DNA from: a virus
Reading direction: 5' to 3' (one strand)
DNA length: 53,473 bases
Virus record (IMG/VR): IMGVR_UViG_3300025678_000003
Span: 1 to 53,473 of that record
In this document: piece by piece, positions 44,048 through 51,936 of the stretch
Numbering within the stretch: position 1 is the stretch's first letter
Layout: each line of letters starts with the position of its first letter
The notes under the pieces: generated by a model
Told to the model about the DNA's origin: nothing
What the model saw: only the letters and a program-made list of their open reading frames with translations
Database searches by the model: none
Position numbers and translations under genes: made by a program

Positions 44048-44310
44048 GGGGGCAAAACCCAAGGGAACGCGGACGATGCCCCCAATTCTGCCCCCATCAC
44101 GCGCCAGTCACAACCGAACAGCAACAAACACTAACGGACACCAATCAGGAGCCAGCACTATGGAAACAACGGAAAATCAAACACCAGCGAACGCCAGCGA
44201 ACAGGGCGATGGCGGAGGGACGGACAGCCACGAATCTGGCCGCCACCCGCATATCACCGATGCTTTCGTCAAGCCGGCATCTAGTCATGCCCCCAATTTT
44301 GCCCCCATCA
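44045..44310. promoter_or_regulatory. attP-like region with arm-type repeats
   Basis: ATGCCCCCAATTCTGCCCCCATCA (44076-44099) and ATGCCCCCAATTTTGCCCCCATCA (44287-44310) are 23/24 identical. An inverted half-copy, catgggggcaaaa, lies at 44045-44057 and overlaps the int start. Confidence 0.5.
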
Positions 44311-44336
44311 TCAACGCACCGGAACCGTTTCTCGGC

Positions 44337-44792
44337 ATGGTTGATTCGGGTGAAACAGTATTACTCGAAGGCAATGATGCTGTCGGCCTGTTTTTCTGTA
44401 TCGACACAGGCGACATGGCGTACTGCGCCAGCACACTTCAAACGGTATGCCACAACCTCGCCCACCGTGCCGGCTGGTGGACCGACTGGGCAAGTCTTGA
44501 GCACGCCAGCATCACGCAAAACCCCTACTGTTTCAGCAACAAGCTGATGCTCATTGTCAGCGAGCTGTCCGAGGCGATGGAGGGCGATCGCAAGGGCATC
44601 AAGGACGACAAGCTGCCCCACCGCGACATGCGCGAGGTAGAGCTCGCCGACGCCGTTATCCGCATCTTTGACCTGGCCGGCGCCTACGACATGGACCTTG
44701 CCGGCGCCATCGTCGAAAAACTCGCCTACAACCAGCAGCGCGCCGATCACAAGCCAGAGAACCGCGCGCAGGCTGGCGGAAAGGCGTACTGA
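44337..44792 (+). CDS. MazG-like nucleotide pyrophosphohydrolase (151 aa)
   Basis: KLMLIVSELSEAMEGDRKG...EVELADAVIRIFDLAGAYDMDLAGAIVEKLAYNQQR is the all-alpha NTP-PPase pattern. The N-terminal extension in the track was rejected. Confidence 0.7.
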   Translation: MVDSGETVLLEGNDAVGLFFCIDTGDMAYCASTLQTVCHNLAHRAGWWTDWASLEHASITQNPYCFSNKLMLIVSELSEAMEGDRKGIKDDKLPHRDMREVELADAVIRIFDLAGAYDMDLAGAIVEKLAYNQQRADHKPENRAQAGGKAY

Positions 44793-44968
44793 TGAAAGCC
44801 CTGTTCGCCAGCAGCGCGATCTGCTTCATCGCGTTTGTTGTTCTCGCGTTCATTGACGAAGCAGTATACGGGCGTCGCTCATCACCACTTACGCCGATCA
44901 GCTTCTTGCTAATCGTCGCCACAATCGCCACACTTATCAGCGGCATTGCCGTGTGGGGGTTTGCGTAA
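44792..44968 (+). CDS. Small membrane protein (58 aa)
   Basis: Not in the track. Product begins MKALFASSAICFIAFVVLAFIDE and contains LLIVATIATLISGIAVWGFA. Stop-start overlaps on both sides. Confidence 0.45.
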   Translation: MKALFASSAICFIAFVVLAFIDEAVYGRRSSPLTPISFLLIVATIATLISGIAVWGFA

Positions 44969-45186
44969 TGCCCCGCACCGTATCAGTCGGCACCATGATC
45001 GAACAGATCGACGGCCTGCGCGGCAGCACCGACATGCTGCGCAAAGAGCCCGACCTGACGGAATGGGAGGAGGGTTTTGTCAACAGCGTGGTCGCCAAAT
45101 ACAAAGCGGCCAGCAAAGACAGCACCACCCTCTCAGACAAACAAGTCGCCATCGTTGAGCGCATCTGGCGAAAGCATTTCGCATGA
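44968..45186 (+). CDS. Hypothetical protein (72 aa)
   Basis: ATG at 44968, coupled to its neighbours. Confidence 0.5.
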   Translation: MPRTVSVGTMIEQIDGLRGSTDMLRKEPDLTEWEEGFVNSVVAKYKAASKDSTTLSDKQVAIVERIWRKHFA

Positions 45187-45683
45187 GCCGCACTCTAAGC
45201 CTCAGCGGCCATCAGTCGGCACGCATGAAAAACGACGAATGGCTAACCCCTCCCGAGATCCTAAAAGCACTCGGCAATTTTGATCTTGACCCATGCTCGC
45301 CATTGAATCGCCCGTGGCCGACCGCGGGAACACATTTCACCATTGCTGATGACGGCTTGAAACACGAGTGGTTCGGACGCGTATGGATGAACCCGCCATT
45401 TGGAGCCGCCGCAGCAGCATGGATGCGCAAATTGGCGTGGCACGGCAACGGTATCGCGTTGATCCCGGCGCGCACCGAAACGCGCATGTTCTTCGAGTCG
45501 GTTTGGGGAGTCGCCCAAGCGATTCTGTTTTTGCGTGGTCGACCGCACTTTCACTACGTCACCGGCGAGCGCGCCGCATTCAACAGCGGCGCACCGATCT
45601 GCCTGGTGGCTTACGGCACCAGCAACGTCTACGCACTGCAGAACAGCAGACTTGGCCAAACCCTATTGATTGACGCCGCATGA
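45183..45683 (+). CDS. dam: Phage-type DNA N6-adenine methyltransferase (166 aa)
   Basis: NDEWLTPPEILKALGNFDLDPC plus the catalytic VWMNPPFG motif. Typical small phage Dam layout. Confidence 0.8.
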   Translation: MSRTLSLSGHQSARMKNDEWLTPPEILKALGNFDLDPCSPLNRPWPTAGTHFTIADDGLKHEWFGRVWMNPPFGAAAAAWMRKLAWHGNGIALIPARTETRMFFESVWGVAQAILFLRGRPHFHYVTGERAAFNSGAPICLVAYGTSNVYALQNSRLGQTLLIDAA

Positions 45684-46465
45684 CCACCAAACAACACGGC
45701 CTGCTATTCACCGAGGCAATGATCCGCGCGTTTCTGCGCACGCAGCACCCGAAGCGGCAGACGCGGCGATTGCCTACGGCCGCGAATTCACTGGTGGACG
45801 GGTACGGCGTCAGCGCCAAGCGCTGGGCGGAGATGAAGCTCGACTGGTCAACAGCATATGTTGACGGCGGACCAAGCCCCGCCGGCAACCCCGGCCCGTA
45901 TCTACACGTCAAGCGCGGCGACTCAACCGATGGCGAGTTATGGGCACGCATCTACCCGCGCATCCAACCGGGCGCCCTGCTCTATGCCCGCGAGGGCACA
46001 TGGGAGCGCCCCGAACGCAGCGAGCGCGACATGCGCGAAGGCGCCGATACGTGGGAGCCTTTCGCCTACGACGCCGACTGCATTTTCGACGACGACAAAC
46101 CCACCCTCAAGGCGCAGGGCTGGAAGCACCGCAACAGCATCCACATGCCCCGCCGCGCCGCGCGCATCGTCCGCACCGTGGCCAGCGTGCGCGCCGAACG
46201 ATTGCAAGTCATCAGCGACCTCGACGCCATGCAGGAGGGACTGACCCAGCTATCAAAGGACGGCGGCCAGACGTGGAAATGGGGCATCCCCGACCGCGAC
46301 GGCTGGCCCGGCAATGACGACATCGGTTGGCCATGGCAACTGTGGGAACAAAGCCCATACGAAGCCTACAGGGCGCTCTGGATGGGCCTGCACGGTGTCG
46401 CGTCGTGGCAAACCAACCCGATCGTATGGGTCTACGACCTGGCGCCGGTGAGCGAGGCGGCATGA
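45680..46465 (+). CDS. ASCH-like domain protein (261 aa)
   Basis: The N-terminal LLFTEAMIRAFLRTQHPKRQTRRL motif (K-x-QTRR) is common in phage ASCH-like proteins next to methyltransferases. The call is tentative. Confidence 0.4.
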   Translation: MTTKQHGLLFTEAMIRAFLRTQHPKRQTRRLPTAANSLVDGYGVSAKRWAEMKLDWSTAYVDGGPSPAGNPGPYLHVKRGDSTDGELWARIYPRIQPGALLYAREGTWERPERSERDMREGADTWEPFAYDADCIFDDDKPTLKAQGWKHRNSIHMPRRAARIVRTVASVRAERLQVISDLDAMQEGLTQLSKDGGQTWKWGIPDRDGWPGNDDIGWPWQLWEQSPYEAYRALWMGLHGVASWQTNPIVWVYDLAPVSEAA

Positions 46466-46698
46466 GCCAATACGGAGACCCACGCCGCATCGGCGGAACC
46501 CTGTTCATGCCGCTACTTGATACCGAGCCATTCTGCACACCAAGGCGCAACGACAAGATCATGCGCGTCATCGCAGTGCACGCGCCTTACGATAACGCAC
46601 CGCAGCAGCCGACCACCGAAGACAAAGCCACCGCCAACCAAATGGTCGGGCGCAACTACGGCGACTGGCTGACGATACCAACGAGCGAGGCGGCATAG
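46462..46698 (+). CDS. Hypothetical protein (78 aa)
   Basis: ATGA coupling at 46462. Confidence 0.45.
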   Translation: MSQYGDPRRIGGTLFMPLLDTEPFCTPRRNDKIMRVIAVHAPYDNAPQQPTTEDKATANQMVGRNYGDWLTIPTSEAA

Positions 46699-46700
46699 CA

Positions 46701-48248
46701 ATGCGCTTCCTCTCCGTCTGCTCCGGCATCGAAGCCGCCTCCGTCGCCTGGGCACCGCTCGGCTGGAAGGCTTGGGCCTTCAGCGAGATCGAGCCCTTTC
46801 CGTGCTCACTGCTCGCGCATCATTACCCCAACGTGCCGAACCTCGGCGACATGACCAAATTTCAGGATTGGCCCTTACCCGATGAACCAATTGACCTTCT
46901 TTGCGGAGGCACCCCCTGCCAGTCATTCAGCGTCGCCGGACTCCGAAAGGGACTGGCTGACCCGCGTGGCAACCTCATGCTCACCTATCTTGCCATTGCT
47001 GACAAATATCGGCCCCGCTGGCTGGTTTGGGAGAACGTCCCCGGTGTCCTGTCATCAAACGACGGACGAGATTTTGGCACCTTCCTCGGCGGGCTGGGGC
47101 AACTCGGGTATGGGTTCGCCTACCGCGTTCTTGACGCTCAATACTTCGGAGTGGCCCAGCGACGCCGCCGTGTGTTTGTTGTCGGACATCTTGGAGACTG
47201 GCGCCGTGCCGCCGCGGTACTTTTTGAGCGCCACAGCCTGCAGGGGCGTCCTGCGCCGCGCCGAGAAACGGGGCAAGGCGTTGCCGGCACCCTTAGCGAA
47301 CGCACTCAAGGCGGTGGCGGACTCGGCACCGATTTCGAGCTCGGCGGCGGATTGATACCGCAGATCGTCGGCCAAGCCATGAGCGCCAAATGGGCCAAGG
47401 GCACCGCAGGGCCCGCAGGGCCCGCAGGGGATGAGCACCACAACCTGATCGCGGTTCCCGACGTCAGCAGCACACTACTCGCGCAAGGCAACAACACCGG
47501 CGGAGACCGACCGCCGGGCACCCCCGTTGATACGTGCGATCAGCTCATTCCTTACGTCACCCACGCCCTGCGCGGCGAAGGCTTCGACGCCAGCGAGGAC
47601 GGCACCGGGCGCGGCACGCCGTTGGTGCCGATTGCCTTCAGCGCCAAGGACCACGGCGCCGATGCCATGAGCAATCTTGCGCCCACGCTGCGCGCCGGCG
47701 GCCATGCCGACAGCCACGCCAACGCAGGCGTCATGCCGGCCATCGCCTTCGACCCGACGCAGGTCACCAGCGCCACCAATCGCAGCAACCCGCAACCGGG
47801 CGACCCATGCCACACACTGACCAAAGGCGCGCACGCGCCCGCCATCGCCATCCAAGGCGCCGCCACCCGCGAAAACCCCGCCAGCGGACCAGACGGCATC
47901 GGCGTGCGCACCGACAACGCCGCCTACACGCTTGAGGCGCGCAGCGAAGTGCAAGCCGTGCAAACCGGAATGCAAGTGCGCCGACTCACCCCGCGCGAAT
48001 GCGAGCGGTTGCAGGGGTTCCCCGACGACTACACACGAGTGCCGCACGGCAAAAGCAAGGCCACCGCCGATGACGTCATCGCCATTGAAGACGACAACGG
48101 CGTTTGGCACTACTACAAACCCGCCGCCGACGGCCCGCGCTACAAAGCCCTCGGCAACTCCTGGGCAGTGCCGTGCGCGCGCTGGATCGGCGAGCGCATT
48201 GCTGCCGCTGACAACATCCCAATCACCATCGAAAGCAAAGCAGCATGA
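46701..48248 (+). CDS. dcm: DNA (cytosine-5)-methyltransferase with a long variable region (515 aa)
   Basis: Motifs in order: SVCSGIEA (I), GGTPCQSFS (IV), WENVPG (VI), QRRRRVFVVG (VIII), RECERLQGFPDDYT (IX), LGNSWAVP (X). Confidence 0.9.
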   Translation: MRFLSVCSGIEAASVAWAPLGWKAWAFSEIEPFPCSLLAHHYPNVPNLGDMTKFQDWPLPDEPIDLLCGGTPCQSFSVAGLRKGLADPRGNLMLTYLAIADKYRPRWLVWENVPGVLSSNDGRDFGTFLGGLGQLGYGFAYRVLDAQYFGVAQRRRRVFVVGHLGDWRRAAAVLFERHSLQGRPAPRRETGQGVAGTLSERTQGGGGLGTDFELGGGLIPQIVGQAMSAKWAKGTAGPAGPAGDEHHNLIAVPDVSSTLLAQGNNTGGDRPPGTPVDTCDQLIPYVTHALRGEGFDASEDGTGRGTPLVPIAFSAKDHGADAMSNLAPTLRAGGHADSHANAGVMPAIAFDPTQVTSATNRSNPQPGDPCHTLTKGAHAPAIAIQGAATRENPASGPDGIGVRTDNAAYTLEARSEVQAVQTGMQVRRLTPRECERLQGFPDDYTRVPHGKSKATADDVIAIEDDNGVWHYYKPAADGPRYKALGNSWAVPCARWIGERIAAADNIPITIESKAA

Positions 48249-48838
48249 ACACCGACCACTCACAACCAACCCACCCCGTAGCCGCGATGCAGCGCAGCGG
48301 AATCGAGGACGCCTACCCGCCCAACGATATGGCGAAATCATTTACAGCCGATATGTTGCCCATCACCCTTGAGCAGCGCGTCGAGAACCTGGAGCGACAG
48401 GTAGCCAGCATCGTGCGCGCTGGCGCCGCCAACATCATGGCCGCTCGCGGGGCGGACAAGGCACCGGGCGCCGCGCTACCGCCACCCGAGAAGCCCGTCG
48501 ACCCGCTGGCCGGCATCCCGGATGCCGCAACGGCGCCGAAGGTGCGGCGCGTAGTGTGTGCGGCCATCCTGAAATTGCCGCATGGCTATCAGGTGATCGG
48601 CCCACGTCACCACGATTTAGTCATGCAGACGCAAGATAAGTGGGCCGTGGAAGCCGGCGAATATACGGAAAACTCAATATTTCCAGACCGGGAGAACCAA
48701 GGCTTCATCGACCAATACGGCGTTTTCATGACCCGCACCGAAGCCTGGCAGGTGGCGCTTGCGGCCGGGCAGATCCGATACCGCTGCGGCGGCGACACCG
48801 CCAACGGCGGCACCCTTTACTCAGAGAACTTGTACTAA
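48245..48838 (+). CDS. Hypothetical protein (197 aa; start may instead be the ATG at 48329)
   Basis: ATGA coupling to the dcm stop. The N-terminal ...VAAMQRSGIEDA is encoded by copy C. The C-terminal QGFIDQYGVFMTRTEAWQVALAAGQI...LYSENLY is a recurring phage motif of unknown function. Confidence 0.5.
   Translation: MNTDHSQPTHPVAAMQRSGIEDAYPPNDMAKSFTADMLPITLEQRVENLERQVASIVRAGAANIMAARGADKAPGAALPPPEKPVDPLAGIPDAATAPKVRRVVCAAILKLPHGYQVIGPRHHDLVMQTQDKWAVEAGEYTENSIFPDRENQGFIDQYGVFMTRTEAWQVALAAGQIRYRCGGDTANGGTLYSENLY
48277..48308 (+). repeat. REP-like GTAG-hairpin element, copy C
   Basis: CGTAGCCGCGATGCAGCGCAGCGGAATCGAGG. Confidence 0.85.
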
Positions 48839-48841
48839 ATC

Positions 48842-49087
48842 ATGAGCAGCAACACCATCCAAGCCAAATACCGCAAAACGCAGCGCGGTGAAGCGCTTGT
48901 CCTGCAAGGCGAGCAGAGCAACAACATCCTCCAAGCCAAATGCCGCAAACCGGAGTGCGCCCACGTCTGGACGGTCGCCCATCTGCCGATGGACCTACTT
49001 GATGTTGCGACATGCGCCAAGCGAGCCACCTGCCCCAAGTGTGCCGACACAAAACCCCTGGTCAACCCAACCTCCAAAAAATCATGA
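48842..49087 (+). CDS. Zinc-ribbon-like small protein (81 aa)
   Basis: CRKPEC...CPKC cysteine pairs. Confidence 0.5.
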   Translation: MSSNTIQAKYRKTQRGEALVLQGEQSNNILQAKCRKPECAHVWTVAHLPMDLLDVATCAKRATCPKCADTKPLVNPTSKKS

Positions 49088-50067
49088 GCACCGAAACCGG
49101 AATTGGCTGGACCGACAGCACCTTTAACCCGTGGATGGGCTGCACCAAGGTCAGCCCGGCCTGCGATCACTGCTACGCGCAAACGCTGGTCGAGGGGCGA
49201 TTCAAGCGCGCGGAGTGGGGGCCGGGCAAGCCGCGCGTGCGCACCAGCGCGGCGAACTGGAAGCTTCCGCTGCAGTGGGAGCGCGAACACGAGGCGTTCT
49301 ACCGCAAGCACGGCCGCAACCGGCGGGTGTTCTGCGCGTCGCTGGCGGACGTGTTTGACAACGAGGTTGATCCCACATGGCGGGACGATCTGTTCCGCCT
49401 GATCGCCGCCACGCCGCACTTGACCTGGCAACTGCTGACCAAGCGCATCGGCAACGTCGAAAACATGCTAGCGTTTGCGTTGATGTCGCAACCCGCTCCA
49501 ATCAATCCTCGCGCCGCATGGCCGTGGCCAAACGTCTGGCTCGGCATCACCATCTGCAACCAGCAGGAGGCGGACCGAGACATCCCGAAACTGCTGGCAG
49601 TACCGGCGGCGAAGCGGTTTCTCTCGATTGAGCCGATGCTGGGGGCGATTGATCTGCGATCTTGCTACCTGCATCGCATGACACTCTGCGGCGAATGCCC
49701 GTCGTCAGACGAAGGCACACCGATTGATTGTCCATGTGCCGATGAGCGGATTGACTGGGTCATCGCCGGCGGCGAAAGCGGACCGCACGCGCGGCCGTCG
49801 CATCCCGATTGGTTCCGCTCGCTGGCCGCGCAATGCCGCGCCGCTGGCGTCGCGTTCTTTTTCAAGCAGTGGGGGGAGTGGTGCGACGCGGACAACGGCC
49901 CCGACAACGACAACCACACCGATGAATGCTGGGTACACATGGACGGCACCGTTCATCGCGGTGAAAACGGCGTTGATTTTTTCCAGACGTATCCGGTATA
50001 TCGCTGGGGGACCAAGACTACCGGCAACCTTCTCGACGGCGTCAAGCACGAAGCATTCCCCGATTAA
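49084..50067 (+). CDS. Phage Gp37/Gp68 family (DUF5131) protein (327 aa)
   Basis: GIGWTDSTFNPWMGCTKVSPACDHCYA ... FLSIEPMLG ... IDWVIAGGESG ... FFFKQWGEW is the family signature. Confidence 0.8.
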   Translation: MSTETGIGWTDSTFNPWMGCTKVSPACDHCYAQTLVEGRFKRAEWGPGKPRVRTSAANWKLPLQWEREHEAFYRKHGRNRRVFCASLADVFDNEVDPTWRDDLFRLIAATPHLTWQLLTKRIGNVENMLAFALMSQPAPINPRAAWPWPNVWLGITICNQQEADRDIPKLLAVPAAKRFLSIEPMLGAIDLRSCYLHRMTLCGECPSSDEGTPIDCPCADERIDWVIAGGESGPHARPSHPDWFRSLAAQCRAAGVAFFFKQWGEWCDADNGPDNDNHTDECWVHMDGTVHRGENGVDFFQTYPVYRWGTKTTGNLLDGVKHEAFPD

Positions 50068-50073
50068 CCCTTT

Positions 50074-50105
50074 CCCTCGATTACGCTTCGCTAATCGAGG
50101 CTACG
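50074..50105 (-). repeat. REP-like GTAG-hairpin element, copy D (inverted)
   Basis: The reverse complement is CGTAGCCTCGATTAGCGAAGCGTAATCGAGGG, 30/32 identical to copy B. Confidence 0.85.
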
Positions 50106-50130
50106 GAGCCACGGGACTACAGGAGCCACC

Positions 50131-50307
50131 ATGATTATCAACACCAACCACGCGGCAAGTTTGCCCGCACCACAACAGGCAGGAGACCGACAGCTACCTG
50201 TTCCAGCCGAGATCATTGAAGCCGCCGAGATGATTACCGAATACTTCAACCGGCACAACATCAAGACGTTTGCCGTTGGCGGCATACAGAACCGCGTCGA
50301 CGCATGA
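50131..50307 (+). CDS. Small hypothetical protein (58 aa)
   Basis: AGGAG, 5 nt, then ATG. Not in the track. Confidence 0.45.
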   Translation: MIINTNHAASLPAPQQAGDRQLPVPAEIIEAAEMITEYFNRHNIKTFAVGGIQNRVDA

Positions 50308-50657
50308 ACCACCGCACCCGCCTGAAACGGCAGGCCGCAACGATGTATCGGCGGCACAGCAAGCACTACCTTAGCGCCGATCGGTCGCGAGCATGGTATC
50401 GGGCGATCGCATCGCTGCACGCCTATCACGCGGCGAGCCAAGCGCTTACGGTTTCTGCTACGAACGCAGCAGCGGCCGGCCAGCGCCTCGTTGAGCAAAT
50501 GCGACTGATTCAGCTTTACTCGCTACCCGACCAACACAACCTGTCGCACCTGGTCAGCAACGCCATGAACGCTTTTGTACGGGAGCGCATGGGACCCGGT
50601 TATGCCGGACCACGCCGCACCCCAGCGATGCACACCCCCGCTACGCCGGGAACTTGA
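50304..50657 (+). CDS. Hypothetical protein (117 aa)
   Basis: ATGA coupling. Its 3' end overlaps the convergent gene by 17 nt. Confidence 0.5.
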   Translation: MNHRTRLKRQAATMYRRHSKHYLSADRSRAWYRAIASLHAYHAASQALTVSATNAAAAGQRLVEQMRLIQLYSLPDQHNLSHLVSNAMNAFVRERMGPGYAGPRRTPAMHTPATPGT

Positions 50658-50886
50658 CGATGCCGAACTTGAGCGCTAGGAAGCCCACCAGCAGCATCAC
50701 GCCCCACCATAGGCGTTTGAGGATACCCTTACCGGTCTCCTTCGCGAGCTGATCGAACACCTCTTTGACGGTGGCTTTCGCCACCGCCTCGGCTAGCCGC
50801 TTGAGCTCATCCTCACTCATGCGGCGGCGACGATCAAGTATTTCGTTGCCGTAGTCGTCGGTGACATGATCCCCCTCCTCAGCCAT
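50641..50886 (-). CDS. Tail-anchored small membrane protein (81 aa)
   Basis: Charged N-terminus and a single C-terminal TM (LWWGVMLLVGFLALKFGIV). Confidence 0.55.
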   Translation of the reverse strand: MAEEGDHVTDDYGNEILDRRRRMSEDELKRLAEAVAKATVKEVFDQLAKETGKGILKRLWWGVMLLVGFLALKFGIVKFPA

Positions 50887-50888
50887 GG

Positions 50889-51848
50889 CTACTTGCCCGC
50901 CGTGCAGTTGCTGGTGGCCTGGATACTGAGCGGGCCGCCCGATGCGCCGGGGCCGCCTGCGCCACCCGCGCCAGCACTGCCCGAGGCGCCACCCAGCGCG
51001 CCAGCGCCGCTGCCGCCGTTGCCGCCCGAGGCTGCATTACCACCCGCCCCGGCCATGCCGCCGCTGCCGCCGTTGCCCGCCGTGCCGCCCACCGTCTGCG
51101 GGCATTGCACGGTGTTGGTTCGCACCGCGTTGCCACCCAAGGCAACGTTACTGTCATCGCCCGTGATGTTGATGGTGGGCTTGCTGCCAACCGTCGTCAA
51201 GCCGTCGATCGCATGACCGCCCAAGTCGCGCAGCGCGCCAGCCGTGTCGGCATTGACACCCCGGAACATCGCATACATGGCCTGCGTGGTGGCCGCATTG
51301 TCACGGCTTTGCGCCTTTTGCACACCAGCCTGCACCACGCCCAACGTGATTTGCCCGATGGTTGGGATCAGCGGCGAATTGAGCACCGCCTTGCCGAGAT
51401 CGGCCATCACCTCGCCGGTGGACTTGAGCGGCTGCAGCACCGGCGGCGCGATCGGCGCCGGCGCGGCGATCAGTTTGGACTCATCGGCCGCCTTGCCGCC
51501 ACCGTTCGCCCCTTCCATCGCCAGCGCCATGCCGATAGCCGCCTTGCCACCGGCATCGGCCTGCACGGCAATGGTCATCATGGCGCCATACTTCACACGC
51601 TTGGCTTCGGCTTCGGCAGTGAGGCGCTTTTCCTGCAGGGCGAGCAGATCCTTGTTGGCCTGCACCGTGCGATCGGCTTGCTTGTCGTTGTGGGCAAGCG
51701 TTTCCCGGTACATATCCAGCGTCAGCTTGTTCTGCGCGGCGATCTGCGTGGCGCTGGCGCCGCAGCCAGCAACAGCAATGGCCACCAACCCGCACAGCAC
51801 AATGGCTGCAAGGCGTTTTCCGATAGAGTCGAGTTTTTGCAAAATCAT
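50889..51848 (-). CDS. Lipoprotein with a Gly-rich C-terminal tail (319 aa)
   Basis: Signal peptide plus lipobox (AAIVLCGLVAIAVAGC). The C-terminus reads GGTAGNGGSGGMAGAGGNAASGGNGGSGAGALGGASGSAGAGGAGGPGASGG. Confidence 0.65.
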   Translation of the reverse strand: MILQKLDSIGKRLAAIVLCGLVAIAVAGCGASATQIAAQNKLTLDMYRETLAHNDKQADRTVQANKDLLALQEKRLTAEAEAKRVKYGAMMTIAVQADAGGKAAIGMALAMEGANGGGKAADESKLIAAPAPIAPPVLQPLKSTGEVMADLGKAVLNSPLIPTIGQITLGVVQAGVQKAQSRDNAATTQAMYAMFRGVNADTAGALRDLGGHAIDGLTTVGSKPTINITGDDSNVALGGNAVRTNTVQCPQTVGGTAGNGGSGGMAGAGGNAASGGNGGSGAGALGGASGSAGAGGAGGPGASGGPLSIQATSNCTAGK

Positions 51849-51892
51849 TGGGTAGCCCTTGTGGGTGTTGGCTTAGACGGGGAAAGGTATTG

Positions 51893-51925
51893 CGTAGCCT
51901 CGATGAAACGCAGTGAAATCGAGGG
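51893..51925 (+). repeat. REP-like GTAG-hairpin element, copy E
   Basis: CGTAGCCTCGATGAAACGCAGTGAAATCGAGGG. Confidence 0.85.
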
Positions 51926-51936
51926 CAACCGTGCGC

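Noticed and set aside
44100-44286. tRNA 3'-end-like fragment (tggcggagggacggacagccacgaatctggccgcc) as the attP core.
   Set aside because: The would-be T-arm forms only a 4-bp stem with a 6-nt loop and lacks the TTCGA-type loop. It cannot be called a tRNA fragment by eye.
44046-44336. N-terminal 97-aa extension of the MazG-like ORF (track start at 44046; also METTENQ at 44160).
   Set aside because: The extension is compositionally disordered and overlaps the int start and both 24-bp arm-type repeats. The MazG-like domain is complete from the ATG at 44337.
41366-48308. Shared peptide VA[S/A]MQRSGIE[G/D]A in the 41061 and 48245 ORFs as a genuine protein motif.
   Set aside because: The identity is at the DNA level and extends into four intergenic copies with different loops. 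It is a nucleotide repeat that happens to be translated.
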